Of a stretch of DNA of 36,841 nt, positions 27,536 through 36,404 are shown piece by piece. The notes beneath the pieces were generated by a model. That model saw nothing but the letters and a program-made list of their open reading frames with translations, had not been told where the DNA came from and did not search any database. The stretch's first letter is position 1. Each line of letters opens with the position of its first letter. The stretch covers positions 1 to 36,841 of the forward strand of contig JBDRLW010000012.1 of NCBI GenBank assembly GCA_043812655.1. The letters run 5' to 3'. The stretch is from a bacterium. Its GTDB lineage: Bacteria; Margulisbacteria; WOR-1; O2-12-FULL-45-9; XYB2-FULL-48-7. Made by a program: the position numbers and the translations under genes.

Positions 27536-27663
27536 CTAAGACGCAAAGAAACCCAGCAAACCACCCAAAACTACCGTCATAACGAGCGGAAAAATGAGTA
27601 TTGCCTTACATCAACCAGCCCGACAACTGCGCCAAATATCGTCCCTTTTAAGAGTTTATTCAT
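27536..27663 (-). pseudogene. Frameshifted or internally deleted remnant of a small membrane-protein gene
   Basis: ATG overlaps the phosphomutase stop (ATGA). Frame 1 reads MNKLLKGTIFGAVVGLVDV; another frame continues AILIFPLVMTVVLGGLLGFFAS*. Confidence 0.6.
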
Positions 27664-29030
27664 ATCAAGCTCTTACTCGCCTCAAGTAAAGCTTTAACTT
27701 CCTCATCGCTTCTTCCTTCGGCATAAATCCGGAGTAGGGGTTCGGTGCCGGAAGCCCGGAAGAGGATCCAGCTCTCATCGGCAAAGTTAAGCTTGAGTCC
27801 GTCTAAAGTTTCGATCTTTGTGATCTTCATCCCCGCATATTCTTCTGGAGGAGTGACTGATAATTGTTTTACCAGCTCAATTCCTTTATCCGTCTTAACA
27901 TCAAGGCGATCGTAGTAAAAGTAGCCATGTTTTTTCATGATCTCGTCCAGGATCTGCAATAAAGTTTTTTTCTCCGTCGCCATTAGTTCAAGGAGTGTTA
28001 AGCCAGCCAAGACACCATCACGTTCAGGGATAAAGCCTTTAATCCCCATCCCGCCGCTCTCTTCACCGCCTAAAAGGATATCTTTTTCCAGCATCTCTTT
28101 GGCAATATGCTTAAAGCCGATCGGCACAACCGTTAATTTTCTTTGATATTCAAGACAAAGCTTATCGATCAAATTAGTTAGATTAAAAGTTTTGATCACT
28201 TCGCCGGTCATTTTACGATTGCCAGCCAAATGCCGGAGCAAAAGACAGAAAACATTATGGGTATTAATGAACCGTCCCGTCCCGTCAATCGCCGCTAACC
28301 GGTCAGCATCACCATCAAGGACTACGCAAACATCAAGGGAGCCCTTCTTAATAAATTCAATTGACGATTTAAGGTTAAGGGCGATCGGTTCAGGATTTAT
28401 CCCGCCAAAATTCACGTCCCGACTGCCTCTAATTTCCGTCACCTGGATCCCTAATTTTTTAAAATAACCGTTGCCGCTCCCAAACATTGGGTCAATAACG
28501 ATTTTCAAATTACCGCTTTTGATCAATTCAATATTAACTAATGATTTCAGTTTATCTAAATAATCTTGGTCAGGGTCAATTAATTTCAAATTGGCGCCAC
28601 TCGGTTTAATTTCCAGGACATCTTTAAGATTAGCTTCAACTGCTTTAGTTGTTTCGGGGAACGACGAACCGCCAAAGCCTTCTTTGATCTTAAACCCGTT
28701 CCACTCTGGCGGGTTGTGCGACGCGGTTATCATGATCCCAGCGCCCAAATTATTATTTTTAACCGTATAAGAAATAACAGGCGAGGGGACAGAATGGGAA
28801 GTTAATAACGTTTTGATCCCGGCACCGGAGCATATTTCAGCCGCCGTCCGAGCAAAGTTTTCAGAATCTTTCCGGTTATCGTATCCAACAGCTACTCCCC
28901 TTCCTGCTAATCCCTTTTCCCCTAAGTATTTAACCAATGCCTGGGTCACGAGCTGGACGTTCTCATGAGTAAAATCTTCAGACATTTTAGCCCGCCAACC
29001 GTCAGTTCCAAACTTAATTTTATTCATCAT
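27660..29030 (-). CDS. Phosphoglucomutase/phosphomannomutase family protein
   Basis: IKFGTDGWR, ITASHNP, DGDADR, GGEESGG and RASGTEP motifs. Confidence 0.96.
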   Translation of the reverse strand: MMNKIKFGTDGWRAKMSEDFTHENVQLVTQALVKYLGEKGLAGRGVAVGYDNRKDSENFARTAAEICSGAGIKTLLTSHSVPSPVISYTVKNNNLGAGIMITASHNPPEWNGFKIKEGFGGSSFPETTKAVEANLKDVLEIKPSGANLKLIDPDQDYLDKLKSLVNIELIKSGNLKIVIDPMFGSGNGYFKKLGIQVTEIRGSRDVNFGGINPEPIALNLKSSIEFIKKGSLDVCVVLDGDADRLAAIDGTGRFINTHNVFCLLLRHLAGNRKMTGEVIKTFNLTNLIDKLCLEYQRKLTVVPIGFKHIAKEMLEKDILLGGEESGGMGIKGFIPERDGVLAGLTLLELMATEKKTLLQILDEIMKKHGYFYYDRLDVKTDKGIELVKQLSVTPPEEYAGMKITKIETLDGLKLNFADESWILFRASGTEPLLRIYAEGRSDEEVKALLEASKSLI

Positions 29031-30966
29031 CTGTAGTTCCTTCCTCGGCCGGTCCTTCTTCGCGATCTTCTTCCACCGGCTTCTCCTCTTTCACTATCTT
29101 TGACTCATAATCAGCGGGCGATAAACCTTCCGGTTTGGGGAAATCGATCACCGGCTGGCCGACCAAGGCCGCCTGGTTGTAAGCTTTCCAGATCCTCGGG
29201 CAGACCGCTACTTCGGCCACCCCTTTCATTGAAGTATTGTCATCATTACCGACCCAAACCCCAGTGACTAATTGAGGGACAAAGCCGATCATCCAAGCGT
29301 CATGAAATTCCTGCGAAGTCCCGGTTTTGGCCGCGGCCGGCCGATTGATCTGTCCGCGAACACCGGTCCCGCGCGATAAAACACCCTTCATGACATCTAC
29401 CATGATCGCCGCCACATTACGGTCAAGAACACGGTTTTCTTTAATGCGATATTCAAAAAGAGTCAGCCCATCGCGGCTCTCGACTTTTATGATCGAAACT
29501 GGTTCAACCCTAACACCGCTATTGGCAAAAACGCCAAAAGCGGACGTGATCTCAAGGAGATTAACCTCTGACGCGCCAAGAGCCAGTGAGAGGGCCGGTT
29601 CCAGTCGGCTATTTATCCCCATTTTCTGGGCAACATCGATCGCGTTCCTGATCCCAACCCGCTCAAGAAGCTTGATCGCGGGTATATTTAATGATTTTTC
29701 AAGGGCGTAACGCATGGTGACTTGGCCGTGGAATTTACCGTCAAAGTTTTGTGGCTCCCAAGTGCCAAGCGGATTCCACCGGTTTGGCCAAACGTTAAAG
29801 GTCGTTGGCGTATCGGGCAAAACAGTCCCCGGCATTATCCCTTGCTCGATCGCGGCCGTGTAAACGAACGGCTTAAAAGACGAACCGGGCTGTCTTTTGG
29901 CTTGGGTCACCCGGTTAAATTTACTCTCATAAAAATTCGCGCCGCCGACCATCGCCCTGATATAACCGGTCCTGGGATCGATCGAAACTAAAGCCGCCTG
30001 GGAAAAATTGTATTTGCTCCCTTCAGCGGAAACAAAGTTGGTAATGATCGATTCGGCCGCCGTCTGCATGTTGATATCAAGGGTCGTATAGACCTTTAAC
30101 CCCCCATGGTAGACCATTTCTTCGCCGTATTTTTCCGTTAATTGCTGGAGGATATCACTAATAAAGTAGGGGGCGATCTCGCCTAACCTTTTTAAATTCT
30201 TAGGCGAAAACTCCATCATTGATATCGCCGCTAGTTTCCCTTCATCTTCCGAGATCAAACCGTGGCCCAGCATTTTGTTGATAACAAATACTTGGCGGGC
30301 CTTGGCATTCTTAAAATTGCGGTAAGGGGAATAAAGTTCCGGCCCCCTGATCAAACCGGCCAGCATGGCTGATTCGGCGAGGTCAAGTTCGGCCGCGTTC
30401 TTGCCAAAATAAAGGTTGGACGCCGATTCTATCCCGTAAGCATTATGGCCTAGATAGACCTGGTTCAAATAGAACTCCAATATCTCTTCTTTGGTATAGC
30501 GGCGTTCAAGCTGGAGAGCCAGTAACGCTTCGGATAATTTTCTAGAGATAGTTTTCTTTTTGTTCAAGAAAACATTGCGGGCCAGCTGCTGGGTAATGGT
30601 GCTCCCGCCTTCAACCACCCGGCCATAGATCAGGTTTTTGATCGAAGCGCGCAGTATCCCGCTAAAATCAAGCCCATGATGATCATAGAAATGGGGGTCC
30701 TCGGTCGCGATCACCGCTTTCTGGAAATATGGGGATATTCTGGAGAGGGGAATGACCTGGCGATTCTCTTCTCGATGAAAGCGGGCGAGGACCTTTCCGT
30801 CAGCCGCGTATATTATGGTGCTTTCGCTGGGAAGGTAATTATTCAAGCCCTCAATAAGGGGGAGCGTCGTTAAGGCTTGTAAGGTCATGAACGCTATCCC
30901 CACCAAAAGGAACAACACCAAAAGGACTAAAACCTTTCTCCAGCTATTTTTCTTCTTCTTAACCAT
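29020..30966 (-). CDS. Class A penicillin-binding protein (PBP1A family)
   Basis: EDPHFYDHHG and GGSTITQQLARN transglycosylase motifs; QPGSSFKP (SxxK), SLN and KTGT transpeptidase motifs. Confidence 0.96.
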   Translation of the reverse strand: MVKKKKNSWRKVLVLLVLFLLVGIAFMTLQALTTLPLIEGLNNYLPSESTIIYAADGKVLARFHREENRQVIPLSRISPYFQKAVIATEDPHFYDHHGLDFSGILRASIKNLIYGRVVEGGSTITQQLARNVFLNKKKTISRKLSEALLALQLERRYTKEEILEFYLNQVYLGHNAYGIESASNLYFGKNAAELDLAESAMLAGLIRGPELYSPYRNFKNAKARQVFVINKMLGHGLISEDEGKLAAISMMEFSPKNLKRLGEIAPYFISDILQQLTEKYGEEMVYHGGLKVYTTLDINMQTAAESIITNFVSAEGSKYNFSQAALVSIDPRTGYIRAMVGGANFYESKFNRVTQAKRQPGSSFKPFVYTAAIEQGIMPGTVLPDTPTTFNVWPNRWNPLGTWEPQNFDGKFHGQVTMRYALEKSLNIPAIKLLERVGIRNAIDVAQKMGINSRLEPALSLALGASEVNLLEITSAFGVFANSGVRVEPVSIIKVESRDGLTLFEYRIKENRVLDRNVAAIMVDVMKGVLSRGTGVRGQINRPAAAKTGTSQEFHDAWMIGFVPQLVTGVWVGNDDNTSMKGVAEVAVCPRIWKAYNQAALVGQPVIDFPKPEGLSPADYESKIVKEEKPVEEDREEGPAEEGTTDDE

Positions 30967-30974
30967 GCTATGAA

Positions 30975-31006
30975 ATTATACCATTTTATGATATATTTTA
31001 TATCAT
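30975..31006. promoter_or_regulatory. Divergent control region: extended -10 for PBP1A plus an 8-bp inverted repeat
   Basis: Minus strand TGGTATAAT at 30983-30975; ATGATATA-TTT-TATATCAT at 30988-31006. Confidence 0.55.
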
Positions 31007-31021
31007 TGGGAGGGGAATAAC

Positions 31022-31459
31022 GTGAATAAAATACTCGTGATCCATGGCCCTAATTTAGCGCTCCTGGGGGAAAGGGAAGTTTCTGTTTATGGCAGTTTTA
31101 CTTTAGATGAGATCAATAGTTCTTTAAATAAACTTGCTAAAGAAAAAGGGGTTGAGCTCGAAATCGTCCAGCTTGATAGCGAAGGTGAGATCGTGGAAAA
31201 GGTCGGCAAAGCCAGAAAAGATTTTAAGGCTATCGTCATTAACCCGGCCGGCTACACTCATTACAGTGTCGCGATCCGCGACGCGATCGCCGCGGTCAAT
31301 ATCCCAACCGTTGAAGTCCATCTCTCCAATATCTATGCCAGGGAAGAATTCCGCCATAAATCGGTCATCGCGCCGGTGGCGATCGGCCAGATCTCTGGTT
31401 TTGGGGTAAATAGCTATCTTTTAGGATTACAGGCCGCGATCGGCTTATTGTCAAAGTGA
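31022..31459 (+). CDS. aroQ: Type II 3-dehydroquinate dehydratase
   Basis: [28 protein letters not shown] and [17 protein letters not shown] motifs. Confidence 0.97.
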   Translation: MNKILVIHGPNLALLGEREVSVYGSFTLDEINSSLNKLAKEKGVELEIVQLDSEGEIVEKVGKARKDFKAIVINPAGYTHYSVAIRDAIAAVNIPTVEVHLSNIYAREEFRHKSVIAPVAIGQISGFGVNSYLLGLQAAIGLLSK

Positions 31460-32133
31460 ATAAAAACCAACTCCGGGCGATCAAAATTGCCTGCCAGATA
31501 ATGCGTGACCTGCCGCTCAAGGCCGGTTTAACCGAAAAACAGCTGGCCGCCTGGATCGCTCTTCAAATGAAGAACAACGGGGTCGAACCCTCTTTCCCTA
31601 CCATTATCGCTTCGGGAGCTAGAAGCGTTGATCCTCACGCCAAACCGACCAATAATGCGATGAAGAATGGGGAGCAGGTCGTCGTCGACCTTGGCGTCAA
31701 ATATAAAGGATATTGTTCGGATATTACCCGGACTTTTTTCCTGGGCAAACCGACGGCTAAGTTTACTCATCTTTATAGCTTGGTTAAAGCTGCCCAGGCA
31801 AAAGCGATCAAAGTTGTTAAGGCCGGCGTTTATTGCCGCGAGGTTGACATTACCGCAAGGGAACACATCAAACGGGCCTGCTTTCACCAATGCCATCTTA
31901 GCCTAAAAAAGTGCGGCGGTGATTGTTTTATCCATACGACCGGCCACGGTGTCGGGCGCAGGATCCACCAGGAGCCCAGGATCAGCATGAAAAGCCGGAA
32001 AAAGCTGGCCGCCGGAATGGTCATTACCATTGAACCGGGGATCTATGTAAAAGGCTGGGGCGGTATCAGGATCGAAGATATGGTTTTAGTAACTAAAGAA
32101 GGATGCAAGGTTCTGACTGGAACCTGCGGCTGA
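31456..32133 (+). CDS. M24 family Xaa-Pro peptidase, catalytic domain only
   Basis: [16 protein letters not shown]...[19 protein letters not shown] and [16 protein letters not shown] motifs. Confidence 0.92.
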   Translation: MNKNQLRAIKIACQIMRDLPLKAGLTEKQLAAWIALQMKNNGVEPSFPTIIASGARSVDPHAKPTNNAMKNGEQVVVDLGVKYKGYCSDITRTFFLGKPTAKFTHLYSLVKAAQAKAIKVVKAGVYCREVDITAREHIKRACFHQCHLSLKKCGGDCFIHTTGHGVGRRIHQEPRISMKSRKKLAAGMVITIEPGIYVKGWGGIRIEDMVLVTKEGCKVLTGTCG

Positions 32134-32190
32134 AAGTTGCGGTTCCAAAACAAAATGCGTGAGGAACCGAGAGTTTTACTCTCAGGTTCC
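32118..32190. repeat. Inverted doublet of REP-like bulged hairpins (copies B and C)
   Basis: B 32118-32147: TGGAACC-T-GCGGCT-GAA-AGTTGC-GGTTCCA. C 32163-32190, reverse: GGAACC-T-GAGAGT-AAA-ACTCTC-GGTTCC. Confidence 0.9.
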
Positions 32191-32203
32191 GAGCGGTAAA
32201 AGT

Positions 32204-32872
32204 ATGAAGAATATAGTAATTATAGTAGCCGGCGGTCAAGGTAAAAGGATGGGTAAACCAAAGCAATTCCTTAGAATTGCCGGGAAACCGATGCTGGACT
32301 GGACAGTCGCCGCTTTCCAAAAATGTAAAGAGATCGACGGCATTGTTTTAGTTGTTTCCGAAGAACAGCTCGCCTTAGCTAAAAAGATAAAAGCCGGAAA
32401 GATAATTGCCATTATCCCCGGGGGGAAAGAACGCCAGGATTCCGTTAGGAATGGTTTGGCGGAACTTCCCGCCTCAACAGAAATAGTCGCTATCCACGAT
32501 GGTGCCAGGCCGGGCGTGTCGGTCGAGACCATAGAAAGATCAATTGATGAAGCGAAAAAGCTTGGCGCGATTGTTGTTGGAGTTCCGGTCAAAGATACGG
32601 TCAAGAAAGTAATGAGTAACGGGGAACGCGTAATGGGGACATTGAATCGAAATGAACTCTGGGCGGCGCAGACGCCGCAAACCTTCCAAGTGGAGATCAT
32701 AAAAAAAGCCTATGATAAATTAACTGAAAATGTGACAGATGACGCGATGGCAGTTGAAAAATTGGGAATACCGGTTAAAATGGTAATGGGGGAGTATACT
32801 AATATAAAGGTTACTACGCCCGAAGACTTATCCATCATGGCGTCGATTTTAAAAAAACTGGATGGAACCTGA
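32204..32872 (+). CDS. ispD: 2-C-methyl-D-erythritol 4-phosphate cytidylyltransferase
   Basis: AGGQGKRMG.PKQF, GGKERQDSV, IHDGARP, QTPQTF, TDDA and NIKVTTPEDL motifs; start moved to ATG 32204. Confidence 0.97.
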   Translation: MKNIVIIVAGGQGKRMGKPKQFLRIAGKPMLDWTVAAFQKCKEIDGIVLVVSEEQLALAKKIKAGKIIAIIPGGKERQDSVRNGLAELPASTEIVAIHDGARPGVSVETIERSIDEAKKLGAIVVGVPVKDTVKKVMSNGERVMGTLNRNELWAAQTPQTFQVEIIKKAYDKLTENVTDDAMAVEKLGIPVKMVMGEYTNIKVTTPEDLSIMASILKKLDGT

Positions 32873-32960
32873 GAATAAATTCTCGGTTCCATCTTCAATA
32901 CCACAGAATTAATTCTGTGGTATTATTACAATAACCGCGAATTCATTCGCAGGTTGAAGA
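32861..32960. repeat. Cluster of three hairpins: REP-like copy D, a perfect 28-bp palindrome, REP-like copy F
   Basis: D 32861-32893: GATGGAACC-T-GAGAA-TAAA-TTCTC-GGTTCCATC. 32897-32924: AATACCACAGAATTAATTCTGTGGTATT. F 32933-32955, reverse: AACC-T-GCGAA-TGAA-TTCGC-GGTT. Confidence 0.9.
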
Positions 32961-32972
32961 GGAGACAATAAG

Positions 32973-33446
32973 GTGCTCAATATTTATGAAGTAATACCCG
33001 CTTTATTAAGTAATTTTACGTTCGTGGCGGTGACGATCTCGTGGTTTTTTGCCCAGTCGCTAAAGATCGTCCTTTATAGGATCTCCGACGGCAACTGGAA
33101 CATTTGGCATTTTTTTGAAGCAGGCGGGATGCCATCGGCCCACTCGGCTTCTGTAACCGCGCTAACGCTTGGTATCGCTTTGACCCAGGGGTTTAACTCG
33201 CCCTTATTTTCTGTTTCAATTGTTTTTGCCTTGATCGTAATGTACGATGCGACCGGCGTCCGCCGGGCCGCTGGCAAGCAGGCCGAAATGCTCAACAAGA
33301 TCGTTGATGACATTTATTCAAACGGCAAGGTCAGGATCGAAAAATTAAAAGAGATCTTAGGCCATGATCCGATCGAAGTCTTTGCTGGGGCATGTCTCGC
33401 CATAGTTTTAACATTATTGACATATTATGTCTACTTTATTAGATAA
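32973..33446 (+). CDS. Divergent PAP2 family (DUF212) membrane protein
   Basis: AQ.LK, GGMPSAHSASV, IVMYDATGVRRAAGKQA and LKE.LGH.P.EV..G motifs; next to dxs. Confidence 0.93.
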   Translation: MLNIYEVIPALLSNFTFVAVTISWFFAQSLKIVLYRISDGNWNIWHFFEAGGMPSAHSASVTALTLGIALTQGFNSPLFSVSIVFALIVMYDATGVRRAAGKQAEMLNKIVDDIYSNGKVRIEKLKEILGHDPIEVFAGACLAIVLTLLTYYVYFIR

Positions 33447-35265
33447 AATAAAACTGCCGGAAACATTAAGGGAGCTTTCGACCAAACAACTGGAACAGAT
33501 AGCAGAAGAGGTCAGGCGCAAGATCATCGGTACAACTGCGGTGACTGGCGGCCATGTCGCTCCTAGTTTAGGAGCGGTAGAGATCGCCGTTGCCCTCCAT
33601 GCCACGTTTGAAAGTCCTCAAGATAAGATACTTTGGGATGTCGGCCACCAAGCTTACGCCCACAAACTTTTGACCGGACGGCTGGAAAAGTTTGACACTT
33701 TAAGGCAAGCCGGCGGAGTCTCCGGTTTCCCAAATGCCGCGGAAAGTCCCCACGATATTTTTACCGTTGGGCATGCGTCAACTTCGATTTCCCAAGCGCT
33801 CGGACTGGCTAAGGCTAGGGACCTTAATGGCGAAAAACATTCAGTCGTCGCGGTCATTGGCGACGGTTCTATTTCGGGTGGGCTAGCGTTTGAAGGCGTA
33901 AACAATGTTGCTGATTTAAAGACCAACATGATCGTCATTCTTAATGACAATGAAATGTCGATCTCCAAAAATGTCGGTTCGATTTCCAATTATCTTACCC
34001 AGGTATCGACCAGTGGGACCTATAATGAACTAAGGGACCGGATCGAAGGAGTGGTAAAAAGGATCCCTCGCGTCGGCACGTCGCTTTTTAAGGCGGCCAA
34101 AAAGTTAAAAGACCGGACCAAGCATATCGTCGTTAGTTTTAAAGTTGACGTTATTTTTGAAGAGCTGGGGTTTAAGTATTTCGGCCCGATCGATGGCCAC
34201 AATATCCCGCTCCTGATGAGCACCCTTCATTATGCCAAGGAAGTCGAGGGGCCGGTCCTCATCCATGTTTTGACCAAAAAAGGGAAGGGCTATCCGCCAG
34301 CCGAAAAAGATCCGACCCGGTTCCACGGCACCGGACCGTTTGATATTGAAACCGGCAATCCCCTTAATGGTAAAGGCAAACCGACGTATACCTCTATTTT
34401 TGGCAAGACAATGGCCAGGCTTGGCGAAAGTGATCCCAAGATCGTAGCCATTACCGCCGCGATGATCGATGGGACTGGCCTTGAAGAATTCGCCACGAAA
34501 TTCCCCGAACGCTTTTTTGACGTTGGTATCGCCGAAGAACACGCCGTTACTTTTGCCGGCGCACTGGCTAAAGGCGGATTTAGGCCGGTCGTCGCTGTTT
34601 ATTCGACCTTCTTACAGCGTGCCTACGATGAAATAATCCACGATGTCTGCCTGCAAAACCTGCCTGTTGTTTTTGCCCTTGATCGGGCCGGCATAGTCGG
34701 TGACGATGGCGCGACACACAATGGAATCTTTGATCTCGCTTTTTTACGCAGTGTTCCCAATTTGACCATAATGGCTCCGGGTGATGATTCAGAACTGGCG
34801 GAAATGCTGGAATACGCCCTTAAACAAAATGGATCAGTCGCCATCCGTTATCCAAGAGGAACGGCACCACACGTTACGAAACAATCGTCACCCAGTAACA
34901 AGGAAGCAGAAACTGTTATCTTTGCTCTTGGTTCAATGCTTCAACCCACGATCGAAGCGGCAGAAAAATTGACTACTGTCAAAGTTATCAATCCGCGTTT
35001 TGTTAAACCACTTGATAAAGCTCTGATTCTTAATGCGATCAAAGGGGCAAAAAGAGTCGTTACAATCGAAGAGGGAATAGTTGACGGCGGCTTCGGTTCA
35101 GCAATAATGGAATTGTTGAATACGGAAGGAAGATCTATTCCTATTCAACGACTTGGCCTGCCCACCTCTTTTATTGAACATGGGAAGAGAGAAGATGTTT
35201 TAGCGAAGTATGGGTTGAGTGCTGATGGGATTTGTAGGCAGATATTAAAGCAAACTAATGGATAA
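33427..35265 (+). CDS. dxs: 1-deoxy-D-xylulose-5-phosphate synthase
   Basis: GGH...SLG.VE, WDVGHQAY.HK.LTGR, GHASTSIS, IGDG...GG...E, LNDNEMSIS.NVG, DVGIAEEHAV and YSTFLQRAYD motifs. Confidence 0.98.
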   Translation: MSTLLDKIKLPETLRELSTKQLEQIAEEVRRKIIGTTAVTGGHVAPSLGAVEIAVALHATFESPQDKILWDVGHQAYAHKLLTGRLEKFDTLRQAGGVSGFPNAAESPHDIFTVGHASTSISQALGLAKARDLNGEKHSVVAVIGDGSISGGLAFEGVNNVADLKTNMIVILNDNEMSISKNVGSISNYLTQVSTSGTYNELRDRIEGVVKRIPRVGTSLFKAAKKLKDRTKHIVVSFKVDVIFEELGFKYFGPIDGHNIPLLMSTLHYAKEVEGPVLIHVLTKKGKGYPPAEKDPTRFHGTGPFDIETGNPLNGKGKPTYTSIFGKTMARLGESDPKIVAITAAMIDGTGLEEFATKFPERFFDVGIAEEHAVTFAGALAKGGFRPVVAVYSTFLQRAYDEIIHDVCLQNLPVVFALDRAGIVGDDGATHNGIFDLAFLRSVPNLTIMAPGDDSELAEMLEYALKQNGSVAIRYPRGTAPHVTKQSSPSNKEAETVIFALGSMLQPTIEAAEKLTTVKVINPRFVKPLDKALILNAIKGAKRVVTIEEGIVDGGFGSAIMELLNTEGRSIPIQRLGLPTSFIEHGKREDVLAKYGLSADGICRQILKQTNG

Positions 35266-35282
35266 AACCTGATCGATCAGCT

Positions 35283-36404
35283 TTATCTTTTTTGTAAATA
35301 TTCTGTGGCATGCTCAAAACATTTCATAGCTATTTTAGGTTTTGTTTGTTGGGTGAGATCGTCTTTATCATAGGATAAAACATCATCAGCAGCTAGTTTA
35401 ATCTCCAACGCTCGATTACACGCTTCAATAGTTTTATCTGTCTCTCCATTTTCATATCGTAATACTACTTGCCTATAAAATGTGGTTTTTTTACTGGATA
35501 GGACAATAGCATTGTTGGGATTAATCTCCAGAACTTTATTGTAAACATTAATAGCTTTAGTAAATCTTCCTTGGGCGGTCAATGCTAGCCCAAGAGTGTA
35601 CCATTTATCAGCATCCATTGGATCAATCTCTAAAGCTTTTTGGCAACCTTCTATAACTTTATCCAAAACTATCAATACGGGTAAATTGGATGGCTCAAGT
35701 TGTAGGCCTCTATTAAATGCTTCAACGGCTTCATTGATTTTCCCTTGGTTAAGTAGCGCTAATCCTTTTTTATGCCAAACTTCAATATTACTTGGATCAA
35801 TTTTCAATGCCTCACTGTAAGCGTCAATAGCTTTTTTTATTTCCCCTTGTTCCTTTAAGGCAAACCCTTTATTGTAATAGGCCGTGGCATTACTGCGATC
35901 TATCTCCAGCGACATATTATAAGCTCTAATCGCTTCATCATATTTCCCTTGAGACGCTAGAATCGCGCCTTCATTTGAATAATGCTTAGAGAGGCTTTCT
36001 CTATCAGTATCCCAGGTCTCGTCTGTATTATTAAACTGTAATGCCATTATGTCTAATTTATATTTCTGTCCTCCTAATTGAGCAATCACATAAGCATGTG
36101 TCGGTTCTTGTTTGATATGCGCCTCAATGCCAGCGGCACGCAGTAAAGAAGTTAATAAATGGCTATATTCTAAGCACAAGGCGCCTCTTTCTTCTGGAAG
36201 AGCATTCATTAATTCTTTTGGCAAAAGAGCTCCGTGTTTTTTTCTTAAGAATGATAAAGTATCAATATTAGAAGGAATAGCAAGCCCCCCTTCTTCCATT
36301 TTTAACCCACAAAAATAAACTGTCTTAACTTTAAACTCAACAGATGCAGGAATAATTGATCTAAACAAAAGAATAGCTTTTACTAAATCGGTCTCTGGTC
36401 CATA
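35283..36404 (-). pseudogene. Transglutaminase-like (Cys-His-Asp) plus TPR protein, 5' end cut off by IS insertion
   Basis: GALCLEYSHLLTSLLRAAGI..HAYV..YKLD followed by about 5-6 TPR motifs. The frame runs into the IS terminus at 36405, and the called TTG start (36437) lies within the IS. Confidence 0.72.

Noticed and set aside
27533..27575. C/A-rich tract resembling a 9-mer tandem repeat (CCGCTAAGA CGCAAAGA)
   Set aside because: Better explained as the antisense of Gly/Leu/Val/Phe codons in the membrane-protein remnant.
32159..32203. N-terminal extension MRNREFYSQVPSGKS of IspD
   Set aside because: It is read through REP-like copy C; family homology starts at ATG 32204.
32118..32960. CRISPR array or attC cassette array
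   Set aside because: The hairpins are not identical direct repeats with regular spacers, they alternate in orientation, flank housekeeping genes, and no cas or integrase gene is present.
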